49,005 nt of DNA, taken from the NCBI GenBank assembly GCA_041492115.1, contig JBGPWJ010000001.1, forward strand, positions 1 to 49,005, given 5' to 3'. The notes under the pieces were generated by a model. That model ran no database searches. It was given only the letters and a program-made list of their open reading frames with translations, and was not told the DNA's origin. Below are positions 9,191 to 17,688 of this stretch, piece after piece. How positions within the stretch are numbered: position 1 is the stretch's first letter; every line of letters begins with the position of its first letter. Source of the stretch: Gammaproteobacteria bacterium (GTDB lineage Bacteria; Pseudomonadota; Gammaproteobacteria; JBBQDK01). A program made the translations under genes and the position numbers.

Positions 9191-9388
9191 TGCGTCGTGA
9201 ATTGTATGGGTGTTAATCACACATAAGTCGGCAAGTAGCTTCTGTTAAGGAAACCCCTGTTATATAGGCTCTAAACATCGGCAGGCGTCATCTTACTTGC
9301 TGACTACTGAGTAAGTATTCCATGTGAACTTGTGCGTCATTAACAGTCATTAATCTATCATTATTGCTATTTAAAATGAGTTGCAAAA

Positions 9389-9557
9389 ATGAAATTCAAT
9401 AAACATATCACGGCAATGGCATTAGGGTTGGGATTTAGTGTTGAGGCCTGCCGGTAACTCTCCCGGCCTGGTGCCTCTCAGCAAGGTTCCTGCCGCTGCT
9501 TGGTTGTTTGACAGTGGTCTGGTTGGGTTGGCACGTCGTAAAAGTGGGAGCGCCTGA
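9389..9557 (+). pseudogene. Frameshifted mini PEP-CTERM gene remnant (signal peptide and sorting tail in different frames)
   Basis: Nt 9389-9457 encode MKFNKHITAMALGLGFSVEACR followed by a stop. A different frame (open from 9426 to the TGA at 9555-9557) encodes ...SPGLVPLSKVPAAAWLFDSGLVGLARRKSGSA, a clear PEP-CTERM-like tail. Confidence 0.5.
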
Positions 9558-9635
9558 AAGAGATGTTCGGGCGCGTCGTGGATCGTAAATAACCTTAATT
9601 ATTATTTATAACTAGCAGAATCCAAGGAGAGACCA

Positions 9636-10355
9636 ATGAAGATTAAAAATATGCTGTTAAAAATGCTTGCCGGTAGCGCCCTGCTGCTGGGTTCTTCAGC
9701 TGTACCCGCGGCAATCATCACGCTCAATGGGACGAACGTCAACTTTACCTATGACGATTCCCTTCTGGGTCTCTTTGGGGCGCCGACGGTGTCGGGAGAT
9801 ACCATTTATTTTACGCCCACGAACATCAAGGCGATCTCATTAAATGGCGCTGGATCGGTCATTGCAAGCTCAACCGTCAATGTTGTAGTAACCGCTCATC
9901 AAGGTGTCAATATGGGCGCCTTGAGCCTGCAAGAACGGGGTGACTATTCGTTGAGCGGTGAGGGTAGCTCAGTAGATCTGGGTGGGCAGTTGCGAGCTTT
10001 TGACATCAGCAATCCTCTGAACGTTGAAGACTCTTCCTTCATTACTACGAGTTCTGATTTAACTTTAAATGACGGTAAGTTCCATAACTGGGTTGGAACA
10101 GCTGACATTGATCTCAGCACCGCACTGTGGGTGAATACAACGTCAATCAATATGACGCTCGAGAATGTGCTGACCGCGACAACAATCGATTTCCCTTCCA
10201 CGGCATTTATTGAGAAAAAGTTCGCGGGAGTCGTCGTTACCGTGGGTGGAGTACCCCCGAGCGAAGTCCCTGTACCTGTGCCGGCTGCTGCTTGGTTGTT
10301 TGGTTCAGGCCTGATGGGCCTGGCGGGTGTGGCGAGACGTCGCGGTAAGGCTTAA
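9636..10355 (+). CDS. PEP-CTERM / VPLPA-CTERM-type secreted protein (putative exosortase substrate)
   Basis: An RBS (AAGGAGA) precedes the start. The signal peptide is MKIKNMLLKMLAGSALLLGSSAVPA. The C-terminal tail is VPVPVPAAAWLFGSGLMGLAGVARRRGKA. Confidence 0.85.
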   Translation: MKIKNMLLKMLAGSALLLGSSAVPAAIITLNGTNVNFTYDDSLLGLFGAPTVSGDTIYFTPTNIKAISLNGAGSVIASSTVNVVVTAHQGVNMGALSLQERGDYSLSGEGSSVDLGGQLRAFDISNPLNVEDSSFITTSSDLTLNDGKFHNWVGTADIDLSTALWVNTTSINMTLENVLTATTIDFPSTAFIEKKFAGVVVTVGGVPPSEVPVPVPAAAWLFGSGLMGLAGVARRRGKA

Positions 10356-10416
10356 TCCGATAGCTGTAAATTGGACCGTGAAATATTCATAAAGTGGTCT
10401 TCAAGAAAGTCATAAC

Positions 10417-10495
10417 AAGGAAGCAGGACAGCAGTGCTGCCCCACCATCTCAGACAGGATACTGAAGGATCAGGACAAGGATTAAGGAACAAGGG
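10417..10495 (+). other. GGA-rich purine tract (seven A/C-AGGA motifs plus AAGGG), candidate CsrA/RsmA-binding RNA segment or leader
   Basis: AGGA occurs at 10418, 10425, 10456, 10466, 10472, 10478 and 10485. Five of these fall within 33 nt: cAGGAtactgaAGGAtcAGGAcaAGGAttaAGGAacaAGGG. A strong plus-strand terminator lies at 10663-10690. Confidence 0.3.
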
Positions 10496-10536
10496 TAACA
10501 GTACGTTGAAACCTGATTAACAGAGGAGGTTGCGCA

Positions 10537-10710
10537 ATGAACAAAAGGCTTGGTCTTATTATGTCATCAGCAGTATCGATGGCTTTTATAGTCGATTCCG
10601 CAACCGCGAACACAGTAGACCTCACGACTGCGGGTAGCTGCGGTGCTATCAACGGTTCCCAGGGGAGCCCGTTGGGTTCCCTTTTTTATTGTTTCGAGGT
10701 CCCCCATTAA
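10537..10710 (+). CDS. Small ORF (57 aa) with signal-peptide-like N-terminus; doubtful or truncated
   Basis: A strong RBS (GAGGAGG) lies at 10524-10530 and the ATG at 10537. The product begins MNKRLGLIMSSAVSMAFIVDSATA. An intrinsic terminator lies inside the 3' end of the ORF, which argues against a full-length functional gene. Confidence 0.3.
   Translation: MNKRLGLIMSSAVSMAFIVDSATANTVDLTTAGSCGAINGSQGSPLGSLFYCFEVPH
10663..10690 (+). terminator. Rho-independent terminator (plus strand)
   Basis: The stem is GGGAGCCC-gtt-GGGTTCCC (8 bp including one G-U), immediately followed by TTTTTTATT. Confidence 0.6.
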
Positions 10711-10718
10711 AGTTACAT

Positions 10719-11732
10719 TCAGCTTTTCGCAGCCAGCCCTAAATTGACAATACGCTGGATGAACTGCTGATAGTTGACCCCGGCTCTTTCTGCAGACCTT
10801 GATGCCTCTTCATAACTGGCGATGCCGGGATTCGGATTGGCTTCCAGTACGAAAAGAGTGCCATCCGGACGCAGGCGCAAATCGATGCGGATATAACCGT
10901 TGAGATCCAGGACGCGGCAGATGCGCCGGCAGGTCTTGACGATGGTTTCCGGCATCTTGTCCGGCAGGTTGCGGGCGAACTGGAAATTGATGCCCCAACG
11001 CTCGCGATAATCGCCATCCCACTTAACCTTGTAAGTGGCCATGCGGGGCGCGCCTTCCTCGACTTGGTCGAAGGTCAGTTCGCGGATCGGGAAGGCCTGC
11101 AGACGCGTATTGCCAACGAGTGTGACGTAGAGTTCCCGGCCGACGATGTACTGTTCGGCGATGGCATCGCTTTGCGTGGTCTCGTGAATGATGCGAATGC
11201 GTTCCTTGAGTTGGTCATCGTTCTCCACGAACGATGCCTGTGCGATGCCAACGGAGCCCTCCTCGGTGAGCGACTTGACGATCAGCGGATATGGCAGGTT
11301 GGGGTGGGGTTTGTAGACGCGATTGCGCGGAAAGACCGCAAATTCCGGCGCGTGGATGTGGTGGTACTTGAGCAGTTTCTTGGACAGAGCCTTGTCGCGC
11401 GCCAGCAGCAGCCCGCGCGGTTTGCAGCCGGTGTAGGGGACGCGCATCATCTCCAGATAGCTGACGACGTAATAATCGAAATCGCCGCGGCCGGCAAATT
11501 CCTCCAGCAGGTTGAAGACGATGTGCGGCTGCCACTCCTCCAGAGTTTGGCGGATCGGCGCCAGTTCATCGTAGGCGCCAACCACGCGCACCTCATGACC
11601 CAGTGCCAGCAGGGCCTGCTTCACGTCGTATTCGGTATCACAGTCATCCAGCCGCGGATCATCAGGGCCGGTGACATCTTCAGGCGGGACCAGACTGCTG
11701 TGCACCAGCAACATGACGCGCAATTTTCTCAT
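10719..11732 (-). CDS. ATP-grasp enzyme, D-alanine--D-alanine ligase-like family
   Basis: The N-terminus MRKLRVMLLVHSSLVPPED is typical of this family, and the ATP-grasp C-terminal motif is YIRIDLRLRPDGTLFVLEANPNPG. There is a 4-nt start/stop overlap with the upstream gene. Confidence 0.85.
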   Translation of the reverse strand: MRKLRVMLLVHSSLVPPEDVTGPDDPRLDDCDTEYDVKQALLALGHEVRVVGAYDELAPIRQTLEEWQPHIVFNLLEEFAGRGDFDYYVVSYLEMMRVPYTGCKPRGLLLARDKALSKKLLKYHHIHAPEFAVFPRNRVYKPHPNLPYPLIVKSLTEEGSVGIAQASFVENDDQLKERIRIIHETTQSDAIAEQYIVGRELYVTLVGNTRLQAFPIRELTFDQVEEGAPRMATYKVKWDGDYRERWGINFQFARNLPDKMPETIVKTCRRICRVLDLNGYIRIDLRLRPDGTLFVLEANPNPGIASYEEASRSAERAGVNYQQFIQRIVNLGLAAKS

Positions 11733-12922
11733 AGGGCGACGTGAAAGCCTCCGTTGTTGAGATGATTCATGACCAGCATGGTGGCGCAGGCGACAGTATC
11801 CAGCTTCAGCCGCGGGTCATCCCGCGCCACGTGCAGCTTGAGACGTTCGCTGCGCTGGATCAGAACCTGGATGATCTGATCGACGCGATAGCGATATTCA
11901 TAACTCCAGCGTGAGATGATCTCGCTGATCTCCGGACGCAGGCGTTGCAGATAACGGGCCGCCGTTTCATGGCGGCGGTGCTCGGCCTGATTGGAGAACA
12001 GCCGCAGCATGTGCCGGTCGTAGAAATCAGGAGTCTCGACGATGTAGGTGGCCTGCTTCTCGGCATAATATTCCCCCAGCGTCATGCGCAGATTGCTGAC
12101 CGGCTCAACAAATTTGCGCGAGCGCACACGCGCCGGCTGGTCATGGATCTCCGTCATCAGCGCATCGACAAAGCGCAGTTTCTTCAGCGCCGACCAGCCG
12201 CGATAGCGCTGCCGCCAGTCGGAATTGGGCTTCAGCCAGACTGCAAAGGTCTCCGCCCAGTCTTCATGCGGATGGCTCTGCGCATACCAGCCGTTCAGGT
12301 GTACGACGAAGCGCTTGCTGTACGGCTTGGGCAGATAGGTCTCGGGATAGGTCTGGGTGGGACTGCCAAAGTGTTCGCGCCATTGCTTGCGGCGCTGCAC
12401 TTGGTAGGCATTGGCGATGGCGTGGCCGGTTTCGTGACGCAGCAGTTTCATGCACCAGTCGCGGTTGCCGCCCTCGACATCGAGCATGTGAGCCTTTTCC
12501 AATTTCTTCAGACGCGGGTGTGCGAGAAAAAAAGGAATCGCCACACCGGGCACGCCGTCCGGGCTGAACCACTCGCTGGACAACCAGAAGTGCGGACGGA
12601 ACCGGATGTCACGCCGTTCCAGTTCGGCGTTGAGTTGCAGGATGCAGTCTTCAAGTTCGCTGCCGGGGATCTTGAGATCAAGATCGCAGATGCGCCATTT
12701 GAGCAATGCGGCATCGGACAGCTGCGGCCACTGGCGCCGCGGGTTCTGTACTGTGCGTCGGGTAGCTATGATCTGATCTCCGTACAGGCCGCCGTGCGCG
12801 GACTGGTACGGGCATAGTACCGGTAAAAATTCCGGATAGGAACCCGGCCCTGCGCCGGCGCTGTCAGTGGAAGATGCCGAAGGTCTTGCTGTGTTGTGCG
12901 CGGTGCTGTTCGAGCAGATCAA
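11729..12922 (-). CDS. Putative zinc-binding metallopeptidase-like protein (HExxH); start uncertain
   Basis: The HExxH motif is LLRHETGHAIANAY. The conserved SDAALLKWRICDLDLKI...FRPHFWLSSEWFSPDGVPGVAIPFFLAHPRL segment matches the family that is usually adjacent to an ATP-grasp gene. The only ATG (12922) overlaps the upstream gene by 59 nt. Confidence 0.75.
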   Translation of the reverse strand: MICSNSTAHNTARPSASSTDSAGAGPGSYPEFLPVLCPYQSAHGGLYGDQIIATRRTVQNPRRQWPQLSDAALLKWRICDLDLKIPGSELEDCILQLNAELERRDIRFRPHFWLSSEWFSPDGVPGVAIPFFLAHPRLKKLEKAHMLDVEGGNRDWCMKLLRHETGHAIANAYQVQRRKQWREHFGSPTQTYPETYLPKPYSKRFVVHLNGWYAQSHPHEDWAETFAVWLKPNSDWRQRYRGWSALKKLRFVDALMTEIHDQPARVRSRKFVEPVSNLRMTLGEYYAEKQATYIVETPDFYDRHMLRLFSNQAEHRRHETAARYLQRLRPEISEIISRWSYEYRYRVDQIIQVLIQRSERLKLHVARDDPRLKLDTVACATMLVMNHLNNGGFHVAL

Positions 12923-14780
12923 GCAGATCCTTGCGGCCCGAGTTCCTGGCGAGACTCAGCGCGGTCTCGCGCTTCTTGTTGCGCAGATCGCTGTCAGCAC
13001 CCGCGCCGAGCAGGACCTGAATTGCGGCAGCGTGGCCACGCTGCACGGCGAATATCAGCGCGGTATTGCCGAGCGCATTGCGGGTATCGACAGCCGCGCC
13101 GCCTGCGAGCAGCGTCGTGAGAACTTCAGAGTGACCTTGCTCAGCGGCCAGCATCAGCGCGGTATTGCCCTGCGCACTGGCGACATCGACACTGGCATGC
13201 GCAGCCAGTAAGACTTTGATAGCAACGACATTGCCACGCCAGGCCGCGCGCGCCAAGGCACTCTGGCCGTCCTTGTCGCGGCTGTTCACCGCAGCGCCGG
13301 CGCCGATGAGTGCGTGCAGTACCTCGGTCTTGCCATTATCTGTTGCCAGCCACAGTGCATCGTGATTTTCACCGTCTGCAGTAGCGCTGCTCGCACCGTG
13401 CGCGAGCAGGGCCCGCACGCTGTCTGCATCGCCACCGCGCGCGGCATGCAGCAGAGCGGTCATATGATCGGATGTGCGCAGATTGACATCAGTGCCACCG
13501 GCAATCAAAGCGGCAACAACATCACTGTGGCCGCCACGCGCCGCTTCGATCAATGCCGTCGTGCCATCGCGCTGCAGGGCATTCGCATCAACGCCGTGTT
13601 TGAGCAGTGCCGACAACGCGCCGCTCTGACCGGTGCGTGCTGCGAGCATCAGCGCCGTCGTGCCGTCATCGAGGGTCAATCCTGCATCGGCATGTGCATC
13701 GAGCAGCATCTGCACAAGCGCCGAGTGACCTTTCTCTGCGGCGCGCATCAGAGCGGTATGGCCGTCCGGATCACGCGCATCGACCGCGCTGGTGGTCGCG
13801 AGAAGAGCGCGCGCCATATCGGTCTGGCCGCGCCAAGCTGCGACGTTGAGCGCCGGCCAATCGTGGTATGGTTGTCCGGGAATGGTTGTCGGCAGCGTCA
13901 GATGTTCAGCAGAGGGTTGTTGATCAGTGGCTTTAGTCGCGGGCACACGCGCACCGGCGGACTGCAGGCGGCGCAGCACCACAGTTTGATTTCGAAGCTG
14001 TGCAAATTGCAGAGCGCTGCGGCCATCGCGGTCGGTGGCATTGACATCGGCGTGCTGCGCAATGAGCGCGTCGACCAGCGTGGCGTTGCCGTTGCGCGCC
14101 GCCAGCATCAGCGCTGTGGCACCGAGCTGATCGCGCGCATTGACGTCAGCACCCGCGGTCATCAGTCGCTTGCCGGTCGCGGTCTGATCAAGATCGGCGG
14201 CTTCCATGAGCAGCGTCCTGCCGCCGGCATTATGAGTATTGGCAGCGGCGCCGTGCGTCAGCAGTACATCGAGTTGCGTGACATCACCGCGTCGTACCGC
14301 TGACCACAGTGCCTCGCCATCGGCCGGCGCCGTCGCGGGTGCCGCGTGCAGATCCTCAAGCTTGGTGCTCGCCATGGCCACGCCCTGCGCGGCAGCAAGT
14401 TCCAACCAGTGGCGCGCCTGCGCCGGATCGGCCGTCGTGCCCCAGCCATTCAGATACAACACGCCAAGATTGTATTGCGCCTGCGCATGCGCTTGCGCGG
14501 CGGCCTTGCTGAACCAGTTGAAGGCCGCAGTGTAATCCTTGGCGACGCCGCGCCCGGTGCGGTACAACACACCCAGATTGTATTGTGCTTCGGCGTTGCC
14601 TTGTTCGGCCAGCGGCCGCCAGAGTTGAAATGCCTGTTCGAAATCGCGCGCGTTGACGGCGGCGTGCGCCTCATCGGCCGTGTCGGCGTGGCATAGGCTA
14701 GTCGGTGCCCAGAGCAGGAAAGAAACCGCCAGGGCACCAAGTACTTTCACATCGCGCATCTGATTGTCACGCCGTGCCAT
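12864..14780 (-). CDS. Secreted Sel1-repeat plus ankyrin-repeat protein (about 14 ANK repeats)
   Basis: An RBS (GGAGA) lies 6 nt before the ATG at 14780. The signal peptide ends LLWAPTSLCHA. The Sel1 repeats read GNAEAQYNLGVLYRTGRGVAKD and AQAQYNLGVLYLNGWGTTAD. A long run of ANK repeats of the form G-TALM-AA--G------LL--GADVN follows. Confidence 0.9.
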   Translation of the reverse strand: MARRDNQMRDVKVLGALAVSFLLWAPTSLCHADTADEAHAAVNARDFEQAFQLWRPLAEQGNAEAQYNLGVLYRTGRGVAKDYTAAFNWFSKAAAQAHAQAQYNLGVLYLNGWGTTADPAQARHWLELAAAQGVAMASTKLEDLHAAPATAPADGEALWSAVRRGDVTQLDVLLTHGAAANTHNAGGRTLLMEAADLDQTATGKRLMTAGADVNARDQLGATALMLAARNGNATLVDALIAQHADVNATDRDGRSALQFAQLRNQTVVLRRLQSAGARVPATKATDQQPSAEHLTLPTTIPGQPYHDWPALNVAAWRGQTDMARALLATTSAVDARDPDGHTALMRAAEKGHSALVQMLLDAHADAGLTLDDGTTALMLAARTGQSGALSALLKHGVDANALQRDGTTALIEAARGGHSDVVAALIAGGTDVNLRTSDHMTALLHAARGGDADSVRALLAHGASSATADGENHDALWLATDNGKTEVLHALIGAGAAVNSRDKDGQSALARAAWRGNVVAIKVLLAAHASVDVASAQGNTALMLAAEQGHSEVLTTLLAGGAAVDTRNALGNTALIFAVQRGHAAAIQVLLGAGADSDLRNKKRETALSLARNSGRKDLLDLLEQHRAQHSKTFGIFH

Positions 14781-16077
14781 ATTTGGTCTCCACTTGTATA
14801 CCCATCTCCTTCAGAAAGGCTGTGGGCAGTACACCGCCGGCGCTGACGATGATGGCATCGTTGCGCAGCGGCAGCAGTACACCGTTCTGTTCAATGAGCA
14901 CGCGGTCGGGAGTGATGGATTTTACCTGCGAGCGGTACAACACGCGCAAGCGTCCGGCCTGTTCGGCGGCCACGACCCGGGCGCGGTTCTTGTCCTTGGC
15001 GCGACTGAATGATTCGCCACGGTAAGACAGACTCACAGTGGTGCCGTCCTCGTCAGCAATGCTGCACGCCGCTTCCAATGCGCTGTCGCCGCCGCCCACC
15101 ACCAACACATGCCGGCCGCGATATTGTTCGGGATCGATCAGACGATACACCACTTTGGACAGTTCCTCGCCGGGCACATCGAGCGTGCGCGGCGTGCCGC
15201 GCCGGCCGATGGCGAGCAGCAGGGCGCGGGTCTGGTAGGTATTGCGCGTGGTCTTTACCAGAAAGTTGTCGCCGGCGCGCGTTACCGACTCGACGCGCTC
15301 CTGATAGTTGATCCTGACTCCGCTCTGGCGCGCCGCTTTCTCCCAGAATGCCAGCAGGGCCTCCTTGCTGGTTTCGCCGATCTTCACCTTGCCGATGATC
15401 GGGAGTTGCACCGGCGCGGTCATGACGACCTTGCCGCGCGGATAGTGCGCCACCGTGCCGCCGAGGCTGTCCTGTTCCACGGTGACGAAGCGCAACTTGC
15501 GTTCCAGCGCCGCGAGCGAGGCGGAAAAACCCGCCGGGCCCGCGCCCACAATCATGACATCCAGGGCATCGGCCGGAGTTTTACCGCTTTGTTTGGCAAT
15601 GGCATCCATCGCCTGACGGCCCTGAGTGATGGCGTTGCGGATCAGGCCCATGCCGCCGAGTTCGCCGGCGATGAAGATGCCGGGCACATTGGTTTCGAAG
15701 TTGGCTTGCACGAGGGGAATGTCGACGCCGCGCTTTTCACTGCCGAATACCAGCGTGATGGCGTCGACCGGACAGGCGGCGCGACAGGCGCCGTGACCGA
15801 TGCAATGGGTGGGATCGATCAGGTGTGCCTTGCCATCGATGACGCCGAGCACATTCTGTTCCGGGCAGGCTTTGGCGCAGGAGCCGCAGCCGATGCAGCG
15901 GACGTAATCGATGCTGGGATGCAGTGACGCAGGTTCGACCAGTCCGGTGGAACGCGCCAGATTGAGAGCAGCGAGACTGTGCGCTTGAGACCGCGCGCGG
16001 CAGCGCAGATAGTAAGTCGAGATCACCAGAAACGGCGTGAGGTAGACGAGCAGCAGTGAGTAATCTGTTGAAGGCAT
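14767..16077 (-). CDS. Membrane-anchored 2x[4Fe-4S] ferredoxin-domain / FAD-dependent pyridine nucleotide-disulfide oxidoreductase (thioredoxin-reductase-like)
   Basis: The protein has an N-terminal TM helix. The Fe-S motifs are CIGCGSCAKACP and CIGHGACRAACP. The dinucleotide motifs are VMIVGAGPAGFSASL and VLVVGGGDSALEAA. It overlaps the downstream gene by 14 nt. Confidence 0.85.
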   Translation of the reverse strand: MPSTDYSLLLVYLTPFLVISTYYLRCRARSQAHSLAALNLARSTGLVEPASLHPSIDYVRCIGCGSCAKACPEQNVLGVIDGKAHLIDPTHCIGHGACRAACPVDAITLVFGSEKRGVDIPLVQANFETNVPGIFIAGELGGMGLIRNAITQGRQAMDAIAKQSGKTPADALDVMIVGAGPAGFSASLAALERKLRFVTVEQDSLGGTVAHYPRGKVVMTAPVQLPIIGKVKIGETSKEALLAFWEKAARQSGVRINYQERVESVTRAGDNFLVKTTRNTYQTRALLLAIGRRGTPRTLDVPGEELSKVVYRLIDPEQYRGRHVLVVGGGDSALEAACSIADEDGTTVSLSYRGESFSRAKDKNRARVVAAEQAGRLRVLYRSQVKSITPDRVLIEQNGVLLPLRNDAIIVSAGGVLPTAFLKEMGIQVETKYGTA

Positions 16078-16125
16078 CAGCGCGTTGTGGGCAATGTGAG
16101 TACGGTATTGCGCCTAACAGAATGA

Positions 16126-16160
16126 GTCCCCTCTCCCCCCGGAAGAGGGACAGGGTGAGG
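16126..16160. repeat. REP-like hairpin element, copy 1
   Basis: The sequence is tcccctctccccccggaagagggacagggtgaggg. It has the same CCCTCTCCC-loop-GGAGAGGG hairpin plus flanking CCCTCACCC arm seen at five other sites in the window. Confidence 0.6.
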
Positions 16161-16331
16161 GTATCATTGGCATCGAAACCGAAACCGCTTATTCACGTGT
16201 TCTCCCGGCCGGAGAGTTGTTTCGACATCCACGGGCAATTATGTGGCATGCGGCTTGTTAACGGCAGCCTGCCGCCGCGAATTCGTGCGGCAGGTCACAC
16301 TTTGCTGCGATCAATCTCAGAAAGCGACTGT

Positions 16332-16357
16332 CGTAGGGTGTGCTTGCGCACCCTACG
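16332..16357 (-). terminator. Candidate terminator hairpin downstream of ccmI
   Basis: The stem-loop is CGTAGGGTG-8 nt-CACCCTACG (9-bp perfect stem), 18 nt after the ccmI stop. Only a weak T-run (CTTTCT) follows on the minus strand. A second perfect hairpin, CCTGCCGC-N11-GCGGCAGG, lies at 16268-16294. Confidence 0.3.
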
Positions 16358-16374
16358 TTCGTGGTCGACCAGAT

Positions 16375-17688
16375 CTACGGCACCACCTGATTGATCGTGA
16401 TGTTCACCGGTTGTGCATCCTTGGTCTGCAAGGCATCGCTCAGGCTCTGCAGATCGCCGCTCGCGGGCATGGCATTGCCGGACTTGGAGATGCGCGCTCC
16501 CACCACCACCTCGGCGAAGTTGGATAATTTCATGGCCGGCATCATGGCCTGCGAGTCATCGAGTACTACGTCGATCGGTAGGTCCTTGACCTGTTTGCGC
16601 ACGATGGCCAGCGGCATGGGCGGACCTTTCACAGCACGCGCGAAGATGAACACGGTGTCATCGGCCGCCACCTTCGCGGCGATCGCCGGATCGAGCGCAA
16701 CGTGTACCTTGAGCGCCGTCGCGCCGCCGGCAGCGGGCTGTTCCGGTGAGCTTTCCTGCGGAGCGGCTTCTGTACCGCTGGGCATGATCGACTCGATCGG
16801 TTTACCGTTGCGTGCCTGGGACAGGTAGTCCTGCAGCATCTTGCCCTGCTCGCTGTCGGCTTGCGTAACCTTCTGCAGCGGCTCCCAGTACGTCAATGCG
16901 GTTTTATAGTCGGCCTTCTGAAATGCGGCCATCCCGGCCAGCCACAGGGTGTTGGGGTTGTTGGGTTGCAGCTTGAGCGCTTTCGCTATCAGGCGTTCGG
17001 GCGCACCGCTCATGCGGTCGCCATTGGCCATCGACAGGGCCTGGGCATATTCAGTGAGCACTTGCGCATCAGGCGGATCAGTCAAGGTCTCGGCCTGCGC
17101 GTAGGCGCGCACCGCATCCGGATAACGGTTTGAGTAGATATAACTGCGCCCCAGCATCAGCCAGCCTTTCGCGTTGCTGGGATCCTTGGCGAGTTTGTCC
17201 TCCAGCTTCTTGATCATCTCTTCGATAGGCGGCATCGTCCCCGTCGGGGTGCCGTCCGCGGCTGCCGCGGCTTGCGTGCCAGTGGGCGTCTCTGCCGTTA
17301 TTGCCGCCGGATGCGAAGCCGATTCCAGCACGCGCCAGTCACCGAGTTTGTAGTACAGCCCCAGAGCCAGCACAGGCAGAATGACCGCGATCGCCAGCGC
17401 GCTGAAACGGCTGCCGGGTTTGGCAGGGACAGAGGCGGCACTGTCCGGCGCGCCGGACAGTTCCTGCAGCAACTCACGCTCCAGGTCATCGCGTGCTTGT
17501 GCGAACTGTGTCTCGTTGAGCACGCCATTGGCGAGATCGGCCTCGAGTTCAACAAGCCGCTTGCGGTGCAACACGATATTGAGTTCGTTCTGCCCCGGCC
17601 CTGTGGTACGGCCCTGTCTGAGCAGCGGCGGCAAAACAAACAGCAGCGCAACGACGAGCATCGCCGCGAATATCATCCAGAGCGTCAT
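16375..17688 (-). CDS. ccmI: Cytochrome c-type biogenesis protein CcmI (TPR)
   Basis: The N-terminal TM MTLWMIFAAMLVVALLFVLPPLL is followed by a second TM and TPR repeats (PDAVRAYAQAETL..., YKTALTYWEPLQKV). It is the last gene of the ccm operon and overlaps ccmH by 4 nt. Confidence 0.85.
   Translation of the reverse strand: MTLWMIFAAMLVVALLFVLPPLLRQGRTTGPGQNELNIVLHRKRLVELEADLANGVLNETQFAQARDDLERELLQELSGAPDSAASVPAKPGSRFSALAIAVILPVLALGLYYKLGDWRVLESASHPAAITAETPTGTQAAAAADGTPTGTMPPIEEMIKKLEDKLAKDPSNAKGWLMLGRSYIYSNRYPDAVRAYAQAETLTDPPDAQVLTEYAQALSMANGDRMSGAPERLIAKALKLQPNNPNTLWLAGMAAFQKADYKTALTYWEPLQKVTQADSEQGKMLQDYLSQARNGKPIESIMPSGTEAAPQESSPEQPAAGGATALKVHVALDPAIAAKVAADDTVFIFARAVKGPPMPLAIVRKQVKDLPIDVVLDDSQAMMPAMKLSNFAEVVVGARISKSGNAMPASGDLQSLSDALQTKDAQPVNITINQVVP

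Noticed and set aside
13314-14303. A 329-aa plus-strand ORF, with other ORFs, inside the Sel1/ankyrin gene. Similar long antisense ORFs occur at 11064..11744, 11945..12817, 15109..15927, 30811..31953, 31969..32997, 33723..34451, 36834..37583, 39394..40377, 45098..45742, 46294..46962 and 47913..48863.
   Set aside because: Antisense open frames are typical of high-GC DNA. Each overlaps a gene with strong motif support on the other strand, and none has a recognisable domain or RBS.
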